NCBI GenBank assembly: GCA_003152165.1 | Contig: PLZO01000034.1 | Span: 2,264-66,263 of the forward strand | DNA from: Chloroflexota bacterium | Lineage (GTDB): Bacteria; Chloroflexota; Limnocylindria; Limnocylindrales; CSP1-4 | DNA: 64,000 bases | Direction: 5' to 3' | Shown here: piece after piece, positions 10,191 through 19,614 of the stretch | Numbering within the stretch: position 1 is the first letter of the stretch | How the letters are laid out: the number at the start of each line of letters is the position of its first letter | The notes under the pieces: model-generated | Database searches by the model: none | Told to the model about the DNA's origin: nothing | What the model saw: only the letters and a program-made list of their open reading frames with translations | Program-made: the position numbers and the translations under genes

Positions 10191-12542
10191 GTGGACTCCC
10201 GTTTCCTGCGTGCGGCCGTGATGTCCGGCGCGCTGCTGGCCATGGTGGGGCCGGCGCTCAGCCTGGCGCCCTCCGCCTTCGCCCAGAGTGACCCGGCCAC
10301 GCCCACGACGAGCGCCTCGTCGACCGTGTACGACATCGGCTGGCCCCACGACGTCTCCTGGCCCCAGTGCAGTGGGTCGTACCCCGCCGCGCCCGCCTAT
10401 GCCATCGTGGGGGTGAACGGCGGGATCGCGTTCAGCCTCAATCCGTGTCTCGTGAGCGAACTCGCCTGGGCTGGCGGCGCAGGCGCCGGACTCTACGCCA
10501 ACACGGGCAACCCGGGCCCGGCGCTCTCATCACACTGGCCCCTGGGACAGGCGCTCCCGATGCGGTGCGATCCAGCCAATCCCGACACCGCCGCATGCGC
10601 CTATGACTATGGCTACAACGCGGCGGCCGACTCGTACAGCGATGCGGCGGCGGCGTTCGCTGCCCTCGGACTGTCGCAGTCCCCTGCAGGCAGCGCCTGG
10701 TGGCTCGACGTCGAGACGACGAATAGCTGGCGGACCGACGTCTCGCTCAACGTCGCGGATCTCGCGGGTGCGGTCGACTACCTCGGATCGGTGGCGAAGG
10801 TTGCGAGCATCGGGTTCTACTCGACCCAGTACCAGTGGGACGTGATCACCGGCGGGACGAGCACGTTCGCCGCGTACCCGAGCTGGGTCGCCGGCGCTTC
10901 GGACGCGCTCGGTGCGAGCATCAACTGCGGCGGGCCGGGGTTCACCGGCGGCGGGGTCGCGCTCTCGCAATATCCGTCCGCCGGGTTCGACGCGGACCTG
11001 CGCTGCAGCAGCGCCGCACAGGTGCTGACCACCATCACCCTGTCACCCGCCAGCGCCTCGGTGGGGACGGGCGGTTCACGGCTGCTGAGCGCGACGGGCC
11101 TCGACCAGTTCGGCCAACCGCTGTACCCGCAGCCATCGTTCACCTGGAGCGTGAGCGGCGGTGGGACGATCTCCACGGGCGGGCTGTTCACCGCGGCCGC
11201 CGCCGTCGGAGGCCCATTCACGGTGACCGCCTCGAGCGGCGCCCTGAGTGGCACGGCCAGCGTGACGGTGACGGCACCTCCTGTCCTGACCACCATCATC
11301 GTGGCTCCGGCCAGCACCTCGGTGCAGGTTGGTGAGACGCAGCAGTTCAGCGCAACCGGCCTCGATCAGTTCGGGCATCCACTCAACCCGCAGCCGACCT
11401 TCACCTGGTCCGCGAGCGGCGGCGGCACCATCGGCACGTCCGGCTTGTTCACCGCCGGTTCCACAGCGGGCGGGCCGTTCACGGTAACCGCGTCGAGCGG
11501 CAGCATCAGTGGCACGGCCAGCGCGACCGTCATCGTCGTGGGTGATGTTGCGACCGCCACGGGAGGCAACAACGATTACTCGATCGCGTACGGCCTGACC
11601 ACGCAGCCGGCGGGCGGCTCATATGCCCTCGACGGCACGAACGACGCGATCTCGGTTGCCGTCACGGACGCGGCGGGCAGCAGGATCGGGTCACACGTTT
11701 CCTTCAGCTACGCGTACACCCCGGCCCACATCTTCACGCTGGTCCTGGACAAGTACGACTCCACCAACAAGGTCTGGGGCTTCAACGCGACCTGCGCCGC
11801 GAATGGCAGCGCGACCGTGACGATCACGGTGAACAGCACGCTGTCGACCGCGACCGCCACCACGAGCGCGCTGACCCTCACTTGCGCGAAGGTGCTCACG
11901 TCCTCGGCGACCGGCACGTTCACCACGTCGGCCTCCGCGACCACCGTCGCTGCGAACGGGACGGCGACCATCACCGTCGCCGTCAGGGACGACAACGGGC
12001 TCGCCGCCCCTGACGGCACGCCGGTTATCGCCGTGACCAACGGCGTCGGCAACGTCGTCGGCTCCAGCGGGACCGTGGGCAACTCCACGACGTCCGATGG
12101 CGTGGCCACGTTCACCTACCTCGCCCCCGCCAATGCGGGCAGCGGTGCCGTGACCATGTCAGTGGCCAACGCGACGCCGGCCGCCCAGGTGCGCACCTTC
12201 ACCATCAGCACGTCGGCGCCGGCCGTCAGGTCCACGGCCGCCTCGGCCCTCGGAGTCACCAAGAGTGGCCCGTTCACCACGGCGACCAAGATCGCCAAGC
12301 TCGGCACGTACGTTACGCTGGAGGTCTCCCTCGGCGCCGCAGCGGCGGGCAAGCACGTCACCATCCAGGTTGCCGCCAAGACCCGAGGCGTCTGGAGCGC
12401 CTTCACGGCCCTCGCGGGCCTCGTCGCTGACAGCAACGGCCACGTGTTCTTCTACCGGAAGTCTGCATCCGCCGCGTGGCTGTCGATCCGGGGCGAGCTC
12501 GGCGGCGTCCGCTCGAACGCCGTCCAGGTTCGCTGGCGGTAG
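10191..12542 (+). CDS. large secreted protein: GH25/DUF1906-like N-terminal domain + two Big_2 (Ig-like) repeats + C-terminal Ig-like region
   Basis: GTG 10191. Signal peptide ...AAVMSGALLAMVGPALSLAPSAFAQ. N-terminal domain with DxSxxQ ... WWLDVE glycoside-hydrolase-like motifs. Two tandem 87-aa Ig-like repeats. Confidence 0.7.
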   Translation: MDSRFLRAAVMSGALLAMVGPALSLAPSAFAQSDPATPTTSASSTVYDIGWPHDVSWPQCSGSYPAAPAYAIVGVNGGIAFSLNPCLVSELAWAGGAGAGLYANTGNPGPALSSHWPLGQALPMRCDPANPDTAACAYDYGYNAAADSYSDAAAAFAALGLSQSPAGSAWWLDVETTNSWRTDVSLNVADLAGAVDYLGSVAKVASIGFYSTQYQWDVITGGTSTFAAYPSWVAGASDALGASINCGGPGFTGGGVALSQYPSAGFDADLRCSSAAQVLTTITLSPASASVGTGGSRLLSATGLDQFGQPLYPQPSFTWSVSGGGTISTGGLFTAAAAVGGPFTVTASSGALSGTASVTVTAPPVLTTIIVAPASTSVQVGETQQFSATGLDQFGHPLNPQPTFTWSASGGGTIGTSGLFTAGSTAGGPFTVTASSGSISGTASATVIVVGDVATATGGNNDYSIAYGLTTQPAGGSYALDGTNDAISVAVTDAAGSRIGSHVSFSYAYTPAHIFTLVLDKYDSTNKVWGFNATCAANGSATVTITVNSTLSTATATTSALTLTCAKVLTSSATGTFTTSASATTVAANGTATITVAVRDDNGLAAPDGTPVIAVTNGVGNVVGSSGTVGNSTTSDGVATFTYLAPANAGSGAVTMSVANATPAAQVRTFTISTSAPAVRSTAASALGVTKSGPFTTATKIAKLGTYVTLEVSLGAAAAGKHVTIQVAAKTRGVWSAFTALAGLVADSNGHVFFYRKSASAAWLSIRGELGGVRSNAVQVRWR
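11024..11540 (+). repeat. intragenic tandem repeat, 2 x about 260 bp (Big_2-like Ig domains)
   Basis: LTTITLSPASASVGTGGSRLLSATGLDQFGQPLYPQPSFTWSVSGGG...TVTASSGALSGTASVTVT followed by near-identical LTTIIVAPASTSVQVGETQQFSATGLDQFGHPLNPQPTFTWSASGGG...TVTASSGSISGTASATVIV. Confidence 0.8.
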
Positions 12543-13088
12543 GTCCGGGAGCGGGGTCATCCCAGGCGACTACGCCGTCGACTGGTCACCCGGACGGGTC
12601 CCGCAGCGACCCCTAGTGAAACACGTTGCGATCGATGGGCGGACCGAGTCTTGCCGCGTCGGGATCGGCGTGGGGCGATGCGTCCAGCCGCGATGGCCGC
12701 CAACCCCGAGGCCGACCGCTCCGCGACCAAGAGGAGGACAGCTCGGGCCAGTCGTGGTTTCGCTGCCACGCCCGAGAAGTCTAGAGTCGGCCCAGGATGA
12801 TCTTCGCGAGTTGGATCGTCTTGTCGGGGATCACGGTTGGAGCGTAGCCGAATCTCCCGACGGAAACGAGCCGGAGCCTAGCAACCGATTCGGGCCTTGC
12901 AATGCTAGGGTTGGTAGGGACCCTGAGCCAGCGTCGGGTCCGCCGTGGTTGGAGTCAGGGGCCTAGCAACCTACCGGGTGCCCGACGAGCACTCGGGCAG
13001 AGCTCGCCGGACGATTGCGCCGGTGAGAATTCGGGGGTATCGTCCTACCTGACCGCGCGGACAATCCGCGCCTGCAGCACAAGCGAGG

Positions 13089-13628
13089 TTGTTGCGCACA
13101 GCTCCTGATCGCGGAGCCACCGAGGCAACCCTGACGCACCGACCCACGGCCAAGACGGCCGAGGCGACCGGTGCGTTGTCGATTCCCGAGCCGACCAAGC
13201 TCACGGTGCTCGTCCCGACCGACGTGCGGCGCTGCAGCTCGAACCGCCGCGACGGTCAACCGTGCGAGGCGACGCCCGGCCGCGACGCGCCGTTCTGCTT
13301 CGTCCATGACCCGGCCAAGCGGGAGCTCGCCGCCGACGCGCGCCACCTCGGTGGCCTCCGTCGCCGGCGCGACAAGTCGCTCAAGCAGGAGTACGACGTC
13401 GGCGGAATCGAGACCGTCGTGGAGATCGGCCGCTATCTCGAAGTCGCCCTATCCGACTTGTTGGCACTGGACAACTCCGTCGCGCGCAACCGGGCGCTGA
13501 TTGCGGGGGTCCTGGCCGCGGTCCAACTCCACGAGCACGGCGAGCTCGCTGCCGAAGTCAGGGCCATCCGGGCCGAGCTCGATCAGATTGCCGCCGAGGC
13601 AGCCGACGAACAGGACCGCCCAGCATGA
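13089..13628 (+). CDS. phage-associated protein, possible terminase small subunit
   Basis: 179 aa. Cys-rich knuckle (RRCSSNRRDGQPCEATPGRDAPFCFVHDP) then helical C-terminus. Its stop overlaps the start of the terminase large subunit (ATGA). True start uncertain. Confidence 0.35.
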   Translation: MLRTAPDRGATEATLTHRPTAKTAEATGALSIPEPTKLTVLVPTDVRRCSSNRRDGQPCEATPGRDAPFCFVHDPAKRELAADARHLGGLRRRRDKSLKQEYDVGGIETVVEIGRYLEVALSDLLALDNSVARNRALIAGVLAAVQLHEHGELAAEVRAIRAELDQIAAEAADEQDRPA

Positions 13629-15016
13629 ACCTCCGGACCCAGATCGCCCAAGCCCGGCGCCAGCTCGCCAGTCAGGCACGCACCCTCAGTCGATCGCTCG
13701 ACGTCGGTCGCGCCGCCGCCTGGCTCGCCACGGCCCGGCCAGAACAGCTCCTCCCGCCCGGCCCCTGGCGGACCTGGTTCATCCGCGCCGGCCGGGGCTG
13801 GGGCAAGACCGTAACCGGTGCCCAGGCAGTCGCCACCCTCGTGCGCGCCGGGCTCGCCCGACGGATTGCGATCGTGGCTCGAACCGAGGACGACCTTCGG
13901 AACGTCGCGATCGCGGCGCTCCAGGATGCCTATGGCCCCGGCTTGCACTACTACCCGGCAACCCACCGCCTCGTCTTCGCGAACGGAGCGATCGGGTTTG
14001 GCTTCTCCGCCGGTCAGCCCGACGGCCCCCGGGGCTACGAGTTCGACCTCGTCTGGTTCGACGAATTGGCCGCGTTCCCGAATCCGGAGATCTACGACCA
14101 GTTTCAGTTCGCGCTGCGGATGCCGGGCGCCCGCCAGATCATCACCACGACCCCTCGGCCGACGCCATTGATCCGGGCCATCCTTGCGGATCCGACGACC
14201 CACGAAACCACCGGGAGGACAAGCGACAACGCGGTGAACCTCGACCGGGGATCGCTCGTGTCCTACGGGCAATACGAGGGAACGCGTCTCGGTCGTCAGG
14301 AGCTCGAGGGCGAGCTCCTCGACGAGCTCGATGGCGGACTGTGGAAGGCGAGCTGGATCGATGGGAACCGGGTGATGGCGCCACCTGAGTTGGTCCGGAC
14401 GGTTGTCGCGATCGATCCCGCAGTGGGCACCGGCCGCGGCTCGCACGAGGTCGGCATCGTCGTGGCCGCCAAAGGCATTGACGGCCATGCCTTTGTGCTC
14501 GCCGACCTGTCCGGGCGGATGGGCCCCGACGAGTGGGCGCGGCGTGCCGCCCACGCGGCGCGCTTCTGGGGCGCCGACGCTCTCGTCGCCGAACCCAATA
14601 ACGGCGGGGATTTGATCCGGACCGTCATCGAGGGCGTCGACTCGACCCTGCGCTACAAGGCGATCCGCTCGAGCGCGAGCAAGGTCCGCCGAGCCGAGCC
14701 GATCGCCGGATGGTATGAGCTCGGCAGAGTCCACCACGTCGATCGATTTGACCTGCTCGAGGACCAGCTGGTCACAGCTAACCTTGAGCACGACGAAGGG
14801 CCGAATGATCGTCTCGATGCCCTTGTCCTGGCGCTGACCGAGCTCGAACTCGGAGCTTCGGCCGTCGACGAGCCGGGGGTGATCCCATGGCAGTACGGGG
14901 TGTGGCCGTGTGTGTGCGGCCACCCCTTTTATTGGAAGCCGAACCGGCCGTGCCCGAAGTGCGGAACGCCGGCGGCGGCTACCTACGATGCGCCGATCAA
15001 CCGGAGCACTGGCTAG
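13625..15016 (+). CDS. phage terminase large subunit
   Basis: 463 aa. Walker A GRGWGKT. Terminase_6-like nuclease region ...QYEGTRLGRQELEGELLDELDGGLW. C-terminal CxC...CxxC zinc-ribbon extension (CVCGHPFYWKPNRPCPKCG). Confidence 0.85.
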   Translation: MNLRTQIAQARRQLASQARTLSRSLDVGRAAAWLATARPEQLLPPGPWRTWFIRAGRGWGKTVTGAQAVATLVRAGLARRIAIVARTEDDLRNVAIAALQDAYGPGLHYYPATHRLVFANGAIGFGFSAGQPDGPRGYEFDLVWFDELAAFPNPEIYDQFQFALRMPGARQIITTTPRPTPLIRAILADPTTHETTGRTSDNAVNLDRGSLVSYGQYEGTRLGRQELEGELLDELDGGLWKASWIDGNRVMAPPELVRTVVAIDPAVGTGRGSHEVGIVVAAKGIDGHAFVLADLSGRMGPDEWARRAAHAARFWGADALVAEPNNGGDLIRTVIEGVDSTLRYKAIRSSASKVRRAEPIAGWYELGRVHHVDRFDLLEDQLVTANLEHDEGPNDRLDALVLALTELELGASAVDEPGVIPWQYGVWPCVCGHPFYWKPNRPCPKCGTPAAATYDAPINRSTG

Positions 15017-15162
15017 GTCAAGACTCGCCCCAGATTCACCTCGGCGGACAGAGGCGCGCCGATCTTGCCGAGGATCAGGCCGAGCGTGGACAGCCTGCTG
15101 CGAGCGCCCGGCGGGGCATCGTCCACCGGGTCACTTGCAGCGCCGCCCGCCGCCGCTGAGTC

Positions 15163-15750
15163 CTACGGATGGCCGCCTGCGAACGAGCCATTGGCTTGGG
15201 CCGTGGCGCGCTGGAGGATGGCTGCCTTCTGGGCGTCGGCCTGGGCCTGGGTGATCGTGCCCTTGGCGACCTCGGCCGCAAGTTCGTTCGTCCCGTCGGC
15301 GACGAGCGCGTCGATGACGGTCTGCAATGGGACGTTGTGGGCCTTGGCCACGTCGGCGACCGTCTGGCCACCGGCCAGGGCCGTGTTGAGTTCGGCCTCG
15401 GTGATCCCGATCGTCGTGGCAACGACCGAGGTGTCGCTCACCGCTTCGTCATGACCGAAGCCTCCCGGGCCACCGGCGTGGTCGCCATCGTTGTCCGGCG
15501 TCGTACCGGTCGCTCCAGACGCAGGCGTTGCGGCGGGCAAGGAGGTTGTCGTCGTCGGGCTCGGTGAGGCCGCCGCCGCCGAAAGCGGCCCCAAGATCGC
15601 CGCGCCGGCGATCCCGCCAACGACGAGCGCCCCGACGATCTTGGCCCGCGCGGTCTTCCGACCTGGTTTGGGGGAAGCGCCTGATGCGGTCGGCCGCGGC
15701 GGAGCGGTGTAGTCGTCGATCGTCAGGGGATCTTGATCCATGTCATTCAT
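15163..15750 (-). CDS. single-pass membrane-anchored protein, unknown function
   Basis: ATG at 15750 (MNDMDQDP...) with gagga upstream. Pro-rich cytoplasmic N-terminus, one TM (IVGALVVGGIAGAAILGPL), extracytoplasmic PT-rich linker and C-terminal helical domain. Confidence 0.5.
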   Translation of the reverse strand: MNDMDQDPLTIDDYTAPPRPTASGASPKPGRKTARAKIVGALVVGGIAGAAILGPLSAAAASPSPTTTTSLPAATPASGATGTTPDNDGDHAGGPGGFGHDEAVSDTSVVATTIGITEAELNTALAGGQTVADVAKAHNVPLQTVIDALVADGTNELAAEVAKGTITQAQADAQKAAILQRATAQANGSFAGGHP

Positions 15751-15951
15751 TGGGTTCGTCCTCGGGTTCGCATCGCGGAGAGAGTGGGGTCGCTCCGCGG
15801 TCGACGTGAACCGCACGTCACGGTTCGTTGGACGACTCTCTGCCGTCTAGCCTTGCGATCGGATTACGGGTCGACGGACGCCGCAATGCGCGCTGACCCC
15901 ACCTCGATCGACTCGAAGCTGGAGCCCTCGAGCCCACGCCTATTTGTCTGG

Positions 15952-16060
15952 GGCGGGTTCCTGCTCAGCCAAGACCCGACGGAATGCCACCTCGGTCACG
16001 CGGTCGATTAAGGCCTCGAGTTCGGGATCGGTGAACACCCAGGAGCGTCCGCCGGTGCCC
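15952..16060 (-). repeat. copy 1 of a direct repeat encoding a gene 3'-end fragment (...SWVFTDPELEALIDRVTEVAFRRVLAEQEPAPDK*)
   Basis: Core 16001-16052 is about 85% identical at DNA level to 18040-18092. The encoded C-terminal peptides are similar over about 35 aa. The upstream ORF part looks like non-coding read-through. Confidence 0.6.
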
Positions 16061-16498
16061 TCGTAGGACGAGACGAGCTCGGACAAAGTCGGAGGCTCGT
16101 ATTGTCGGGAACGTCGCCCTTCGTCCACGAGCTCGTAGCCGTCTTGCCGATCGGTGCTTGCCCGGTCGAGCTCCGAGCTGAGCTGCCGCTTAACGCATCT
16201 GGACGCTCGCGGCTGAGGAACAGGGAGCTTGATGAGGGATTCTTGACACTTGTGTCCATCTCCAGGTGTCCGTCCGGCGGGCCGGAAGCACGCCAAGCGG
16301 TATCCTCGAGCCCCGGGCGGATGTATGACAATCACTCGGCCTACGGTCTACGTCGCCCTGGCCCAGTGACGCGGTTGCATCTCGCGACAGCCGATGCGGG
16401 GCTGGCCGGGTTCGACTGGGTCGTCGCGGCGGAGCATGCCATGGGTGGACCGCCCGTCCACGGACCCCGCCCTCGACGAAACCGCAAAGGAGTCGCCG

Positions 16499-17230
16499 AT
16501 GAGTGCACCGATCATCCTGGTCCCCGGGTTCTGGTTCGGAGCGTGGGCGTGGGACGAGGTGGCCGAGAAGCTCCGCGCTGACGGCCGTGACGTCACGGCG
16601 CTGACGCTGCCCGGCTTCGAGTCGGCCGACGCCGACCGGTCCTCAATCCATTTCGCCGACCACGTCGAAGCGATCGTCAGGGCGATCGATGCCGACGACG
16701 CTCCGGTCGTCCTTGCGGTCCACAGTGCCACCGGGTACTCGGGCTATGCGGCGAGTGACCGCGTGCCCGAGCGGATCGCCGCGATGGTCTACGTCGACAC
16801 CGCGCCCGGGAAGCCGCCGCTCGACCCCGACTTCGCCGACGTCGAGAAGCCGCTCGTCTGGGACGACCTCGCGGCCGAGGAGAACCTCGATGGCCTGTCC
16901 GAGGAGCAGCAGACCGAGTTCCGCGAGCGAGCGGTCCCGGTCCCCGGCGCCCTGCTGCGCGAGGGCTACGAGTTCACGAATGACGCTCGTCTGGACATCC
17001 CCTCGACGATCATCGCGACCGGGTACTCGGCGGCCGACTACCAGAAGTACGCGAAGGAGCACCCGGAGTGGTCGTTCCTCGCGGGGATCCCCGAGCTCCA
17101 CGATATCACCTGGATCGACCTGCCGACGAGCCACTGGCCGATGTGGTCGCGCCCGGCGGAGGTCTCCGCGATCATCGGTGAGGTTGCGACGAAGGCTGGC
17201 GCGGCGCACGCGGCCGGGGCGTCGCGATGA
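16499..17230 (+). CDS. alpha/beta-fold hydrolase (esterase-like)
   Basis: ATG 16499 after aaggag. MSAPIILVPGFWFGAWAWDEV...LAVHSATGYSGYAA (nucleophile-elbow-like)...SHWPMWSRP. Confidence 0.8.
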   Translation: MSAPIILVPGFWFGAWAWDEVAEKLRADGRDVTALTLPGFESADADRSSIHFADHVEAIVRAIDADDAPVVLAVHSATGYSGYAASDRVPERIAAMVYVDTAPGKPPLDPDFADVEKPLVWDDLAAEENLDGLSEEQQTEFRERAVPVPGALLREGYEFTNDARLDIPSTIIATGYSAADYQKYAKEHPEWSFLAGIPELHDITWIDLPTSHWPMWSRPAEVSAIIGEVATKAGAAHAAGASR

Positions 17231-17342
17231 CCTCGCTCCTCGACGATGCGTTCGCCCGCCACATCCGGGCAACGGAACGACTCCTCGACGCCTGCGCCAG
17301 GATCGAGGCTCCCAAGTTCGACCTGGGGGCCTACGGCGAGGC

Positions 17343-17885
17343 ATGCGGCCGGATGAGGGCCATCGAGGGGTGACGATCCGGCTCTTCTACGACCGCTGGC
17401 CGCAGTACGAGCGGCGTCTCGTCGAATCGATCCGGGACCTCACGCCCGAGCAGCTCGCGCTCCGGGCCGCGCCGGAGCACTGGCCCGTCTGGGCGATCGC
17501 CAGCCACGTGGCCGGCACGCGCGTCTACTGGCTGTGCCACGTGCTGGGCGAGCCGGGCGCCGAGACCACGCCGTTCACCGACCGCGACGGCGCTGGCTGG
17601 GAGGACGACCTCGATCACCCGCGCAGCGCGGCTGAGGTCGTCGGTGCGCTCGAAGTGACGTTCGAGATCATCGACGCTGCCCTCGACCGCTGGACGCCCG
17701 AGATGATGGGCGACACGGTCGAGCGCTCCTCCGGGGATGTGCGCCAGATCCACTCGCGGACGTCGATCCTCCAGCGCCTCCTAACGCATGAGGCGTACCA
17801 CGGTGGCGAGCTGGCCATCGCCCTCGGCAGCCACCATCTGGATCCGACGTTCATTTGGCGCGCGGACGACCCGCTCCAGTCCTGA
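17343..17885 (+). CDS. DinB_2 / DinB-YfiT-like metal-dependent hydrolase family protein
   Basis: ...VTIRLFYDRWPQYERRLVESIRDLTPEQLALRAAPEHWPVWAIASHVAGTRVYW...THEAYHGGELAIALG. Alternative GTG start at 17370. A 48-aa mini-ORF (17227-17373) upstream looks like a duplicated DinB N-terminal fragment. Confidence 0.6.
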   Translation: MRPDEGHRGVTIRLFYDRWPQYERRLVESIRDLTPEQLALRAAPEHWPVWAIASHVAGTRVYWLCHVLGEPGAETTPFTDRDGAGWEDDLDHPRSAAEVVGALEVTFEIIDAALDRWTPEMMGDTVERSSGDVRQIHSRTSILQRLLTHEAYHGGELAIALGSHHLDPTFIWRADDPLQS

Positions 17886-17984
17886 CGGCGTACGGCTCGA
17901 GGTATGCGGTAGATCGAGGCACGGGGTGCCCTGAGATCCAAACAGATCGACTTAAGCCGGATACCCTCGAGAGCTGGCTTACTT

Positions 17985-18098
17985 GTCCTCGGCGCGATTC
18001 TGTTCCGCCAGCACGCGGCGAACTGTCGTCTCGGACACACGATCGATTAGGGCCTCGAGTTCTGGATCGGTAAGTACCCAGGTGCGTCCGCTCGAGCG
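17985..18098 (-). repeat. copy 2 of the direct repeat (encodes ...TWVLTDPELEALIDRVSETTVRRVLAEQNRAEDK*), no start codon
   Basis: See copy 1. This copy has an upstream in-frame stop and no ATG/GTG/TTG, so it is a remnant. Confidence 0.6.
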
Positions 18099-18162
18099 AT
18101 CGTTCGGGTGATCACGATGGCTCGTCTTGTGCCGATCGGCCGAATCAGAAACGGATGCCTGG

Positions 18163-18579
18163 CTAGCTCAGATCCTCGCCCGCAATCCGGAGGAGGAGAT
18201 CGAGCAGGATCGAGCGCTCCTCCTCCGAGAGGCCTGCAAACGAGGCGCCCAGGACGGCGCTCGCGACCGGGAGCCCGGCGGCCAGGATCACCTCTCCGGC
18301 CGGAGTCAGGCGATGCTCGATCCGACGGCCGCGACCCGGTCGGCGGTCGATCAGCCCCTGGGCCACGAGCCGGTTGGCCAGCGTGCCGAACGCCTGGTCG
18401 CTCTGGAACGTCTCGATCGCGAGGGTGTGGGCCGAAGCGCCCGGAATCCGTCCGATCGCCCGCACGGCGTCCCACTGGGCGAGCGTCGTGCCGACCGCCG
18501 CCAGCCGGGAATCGAGGGCCCGGTGATGTCGGTACTGGACCTGCTTGATCCGCCGCCCGAGCGCTTGCACGTCAGCCAT
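18163..18579 (-). CDS. MarR-family transcriptional regulator
   Basis: 138 aa, winged-helix region ...LAQWDAVRAIGRIPGASAHTLAIETFQSDQAFGTLANRLVAQGLIDRRPGRGRRIEHRLTPAGE. Confidence 0.85.
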   Translation of the reverse strand: MADVQALGRRIKQVQYRHHRALDSRLAAVGTTLAQWDAVRAIGRIPGASAHTLAIETFQSDQAFGTLANRLVAQGLIDRRPGRGRRIEHRLTPAGEVILAAGLPVASAVLGASFAGLSEEERSILLDLLLRIAGEDLS

Positions 18580-18628
18580 TGACAGCAGTGTAGGGAGGTA
18601 CTAAGGTTGTGTATATCAGCTAGTTTAG

Positions 18629-19435
18629 ATGACGAGGACGAGGATCCGACCAATGACGACGACCATCCGAACTGTCTCCCTTCGTCCAGACTTGGCGATC
18701 ACCCTGTCCGAAGCCGGGGTTGGACGCACGGTGCTCAATCTCCACGGCGGCGGCGGCCCGTTTACCGTTGCCGCGATCGCTGACCACCTGGCCGAGACGA
18801 TGCGCGTGATCACCCCGACCCATCCGGGCTGGAACGGCACGAGCCGTCCGGACTGGCTGGCGCGGGTCGGCGATCTCGCCGGCGCGTACCTCGAGCTCCT
18901 CGAGGCCGAGGACCTGCGGGACGTCCTGGTCGTGGGCTCCTCACTCGGGGGCTGGATTGGGGCCGAGATCGCCGTTCGCGACCAGGGTGGCCGGGTGAGC
19001 GGCCTGATCCTGCTCGACGCCACGGGAATCCTCGTGGAGGGGCAACCGATCCGCGACTTCTTCGCCCTCGACGCCCGGGGGATCGCGGAGTACGCCTACT
19101 ACGACGCGGACCGCTTCTACTTGGACCCGGCCACGATCCCGCCCGAGCAAGCCGCACGCCAGCGGGCGAATATGGCCACGATGGGGGCCATTGCCGGCCC
19201 GATGTACGACCCCGAGCTTCTCGATCGCCTCGAGCAAGTGAGGATCCCGGTGCTCGTGGTCTGGGGTGAGGCCGACCGGATCGTCACTCCTGCCTACGGC
19301 GCGGCCTACGCCGCGGCATTCCCCGATGCGCGCTTCGAGCGCATCCCGAAGGCCGGCCATCTACCCCACATCGAACAGCCGATAGCGACGTTCACGGTCA
19401 TGGATGACTTCGTGCGCGTCCAGTCCTTGGTCTGA
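18629..19435 (+). CDS. alpha/beta-fold hydrolase
   Basis: LNLHGGGGPF...VVGSSLGGWIGAEIA (GxSxG)...VLVVWGEADRIV...GHLPHIEQP. Divergent from the MarR gene. Confidence 0.8.
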   Translation: MTRTRIRPMTTTIRTVSLRPDLAITLSEAGVGRTVLNLHGGGGPFTVAAIADHLAETMRVITPTHPGWNGTSRPDWLARVGDLAGAYLELLEAEDLRDVLVVGSSLGGWIGAEIAVRDQGGRVSGLILLDATGILVEGQPIRDFFALDARGIAEYAYYDADRFYLDPATIPPEQAARQRANMATMGAIAGPMYDPELLDRLEQVRIPVLVVWGEADRIVTPAYGAAYAAAFPDARFERIPKAGHLPHIEQPIATFTVMDDFVRVQSLV

Positions 19436-19614
19436 CCTGCGTTGCTGGGTCCCAGGAGGAGCCTGCTCGAGCGCCGGAGGCTCCAGGCGCCGGCGAGCAT
19501 GGCGACCCCCGTCCCGACGAAGTTGGTCCGCTGGATCCAGCCAGGTCAAACGTGGAGCCGCGCACTACGTCGGGCTCGGTCCAGGCCGCAGACCTGGCCC
19601 GGGCGAGCGATGCG

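Noticed and set aside
12265-12966. 233-aa plus-strand ORF overlapping the end of the large secreted-protein gene
   Set aside because: Alternative frame of a well-supported gene continuing into an intergenic region. Ser/Arg/Pro-rich.
13583-14923. 446-aa minus-strand ORF overlapping the terminase large subunit
   Set aside because: No motifs and biased composition. The terminase on the plus strand is unambiguous.
16643-17344. Minus-strand 233-aa ORF and plus-strand 398-aa ORF (16689-17885) spanning the hydrolase/DinB genes
   Set aside because: The 398-aa frame is an out-of-frame read-through of the hydrolase gene (Ser/Arg/Thr-rich). Only its last about 180 aa (DinB_2) are real.
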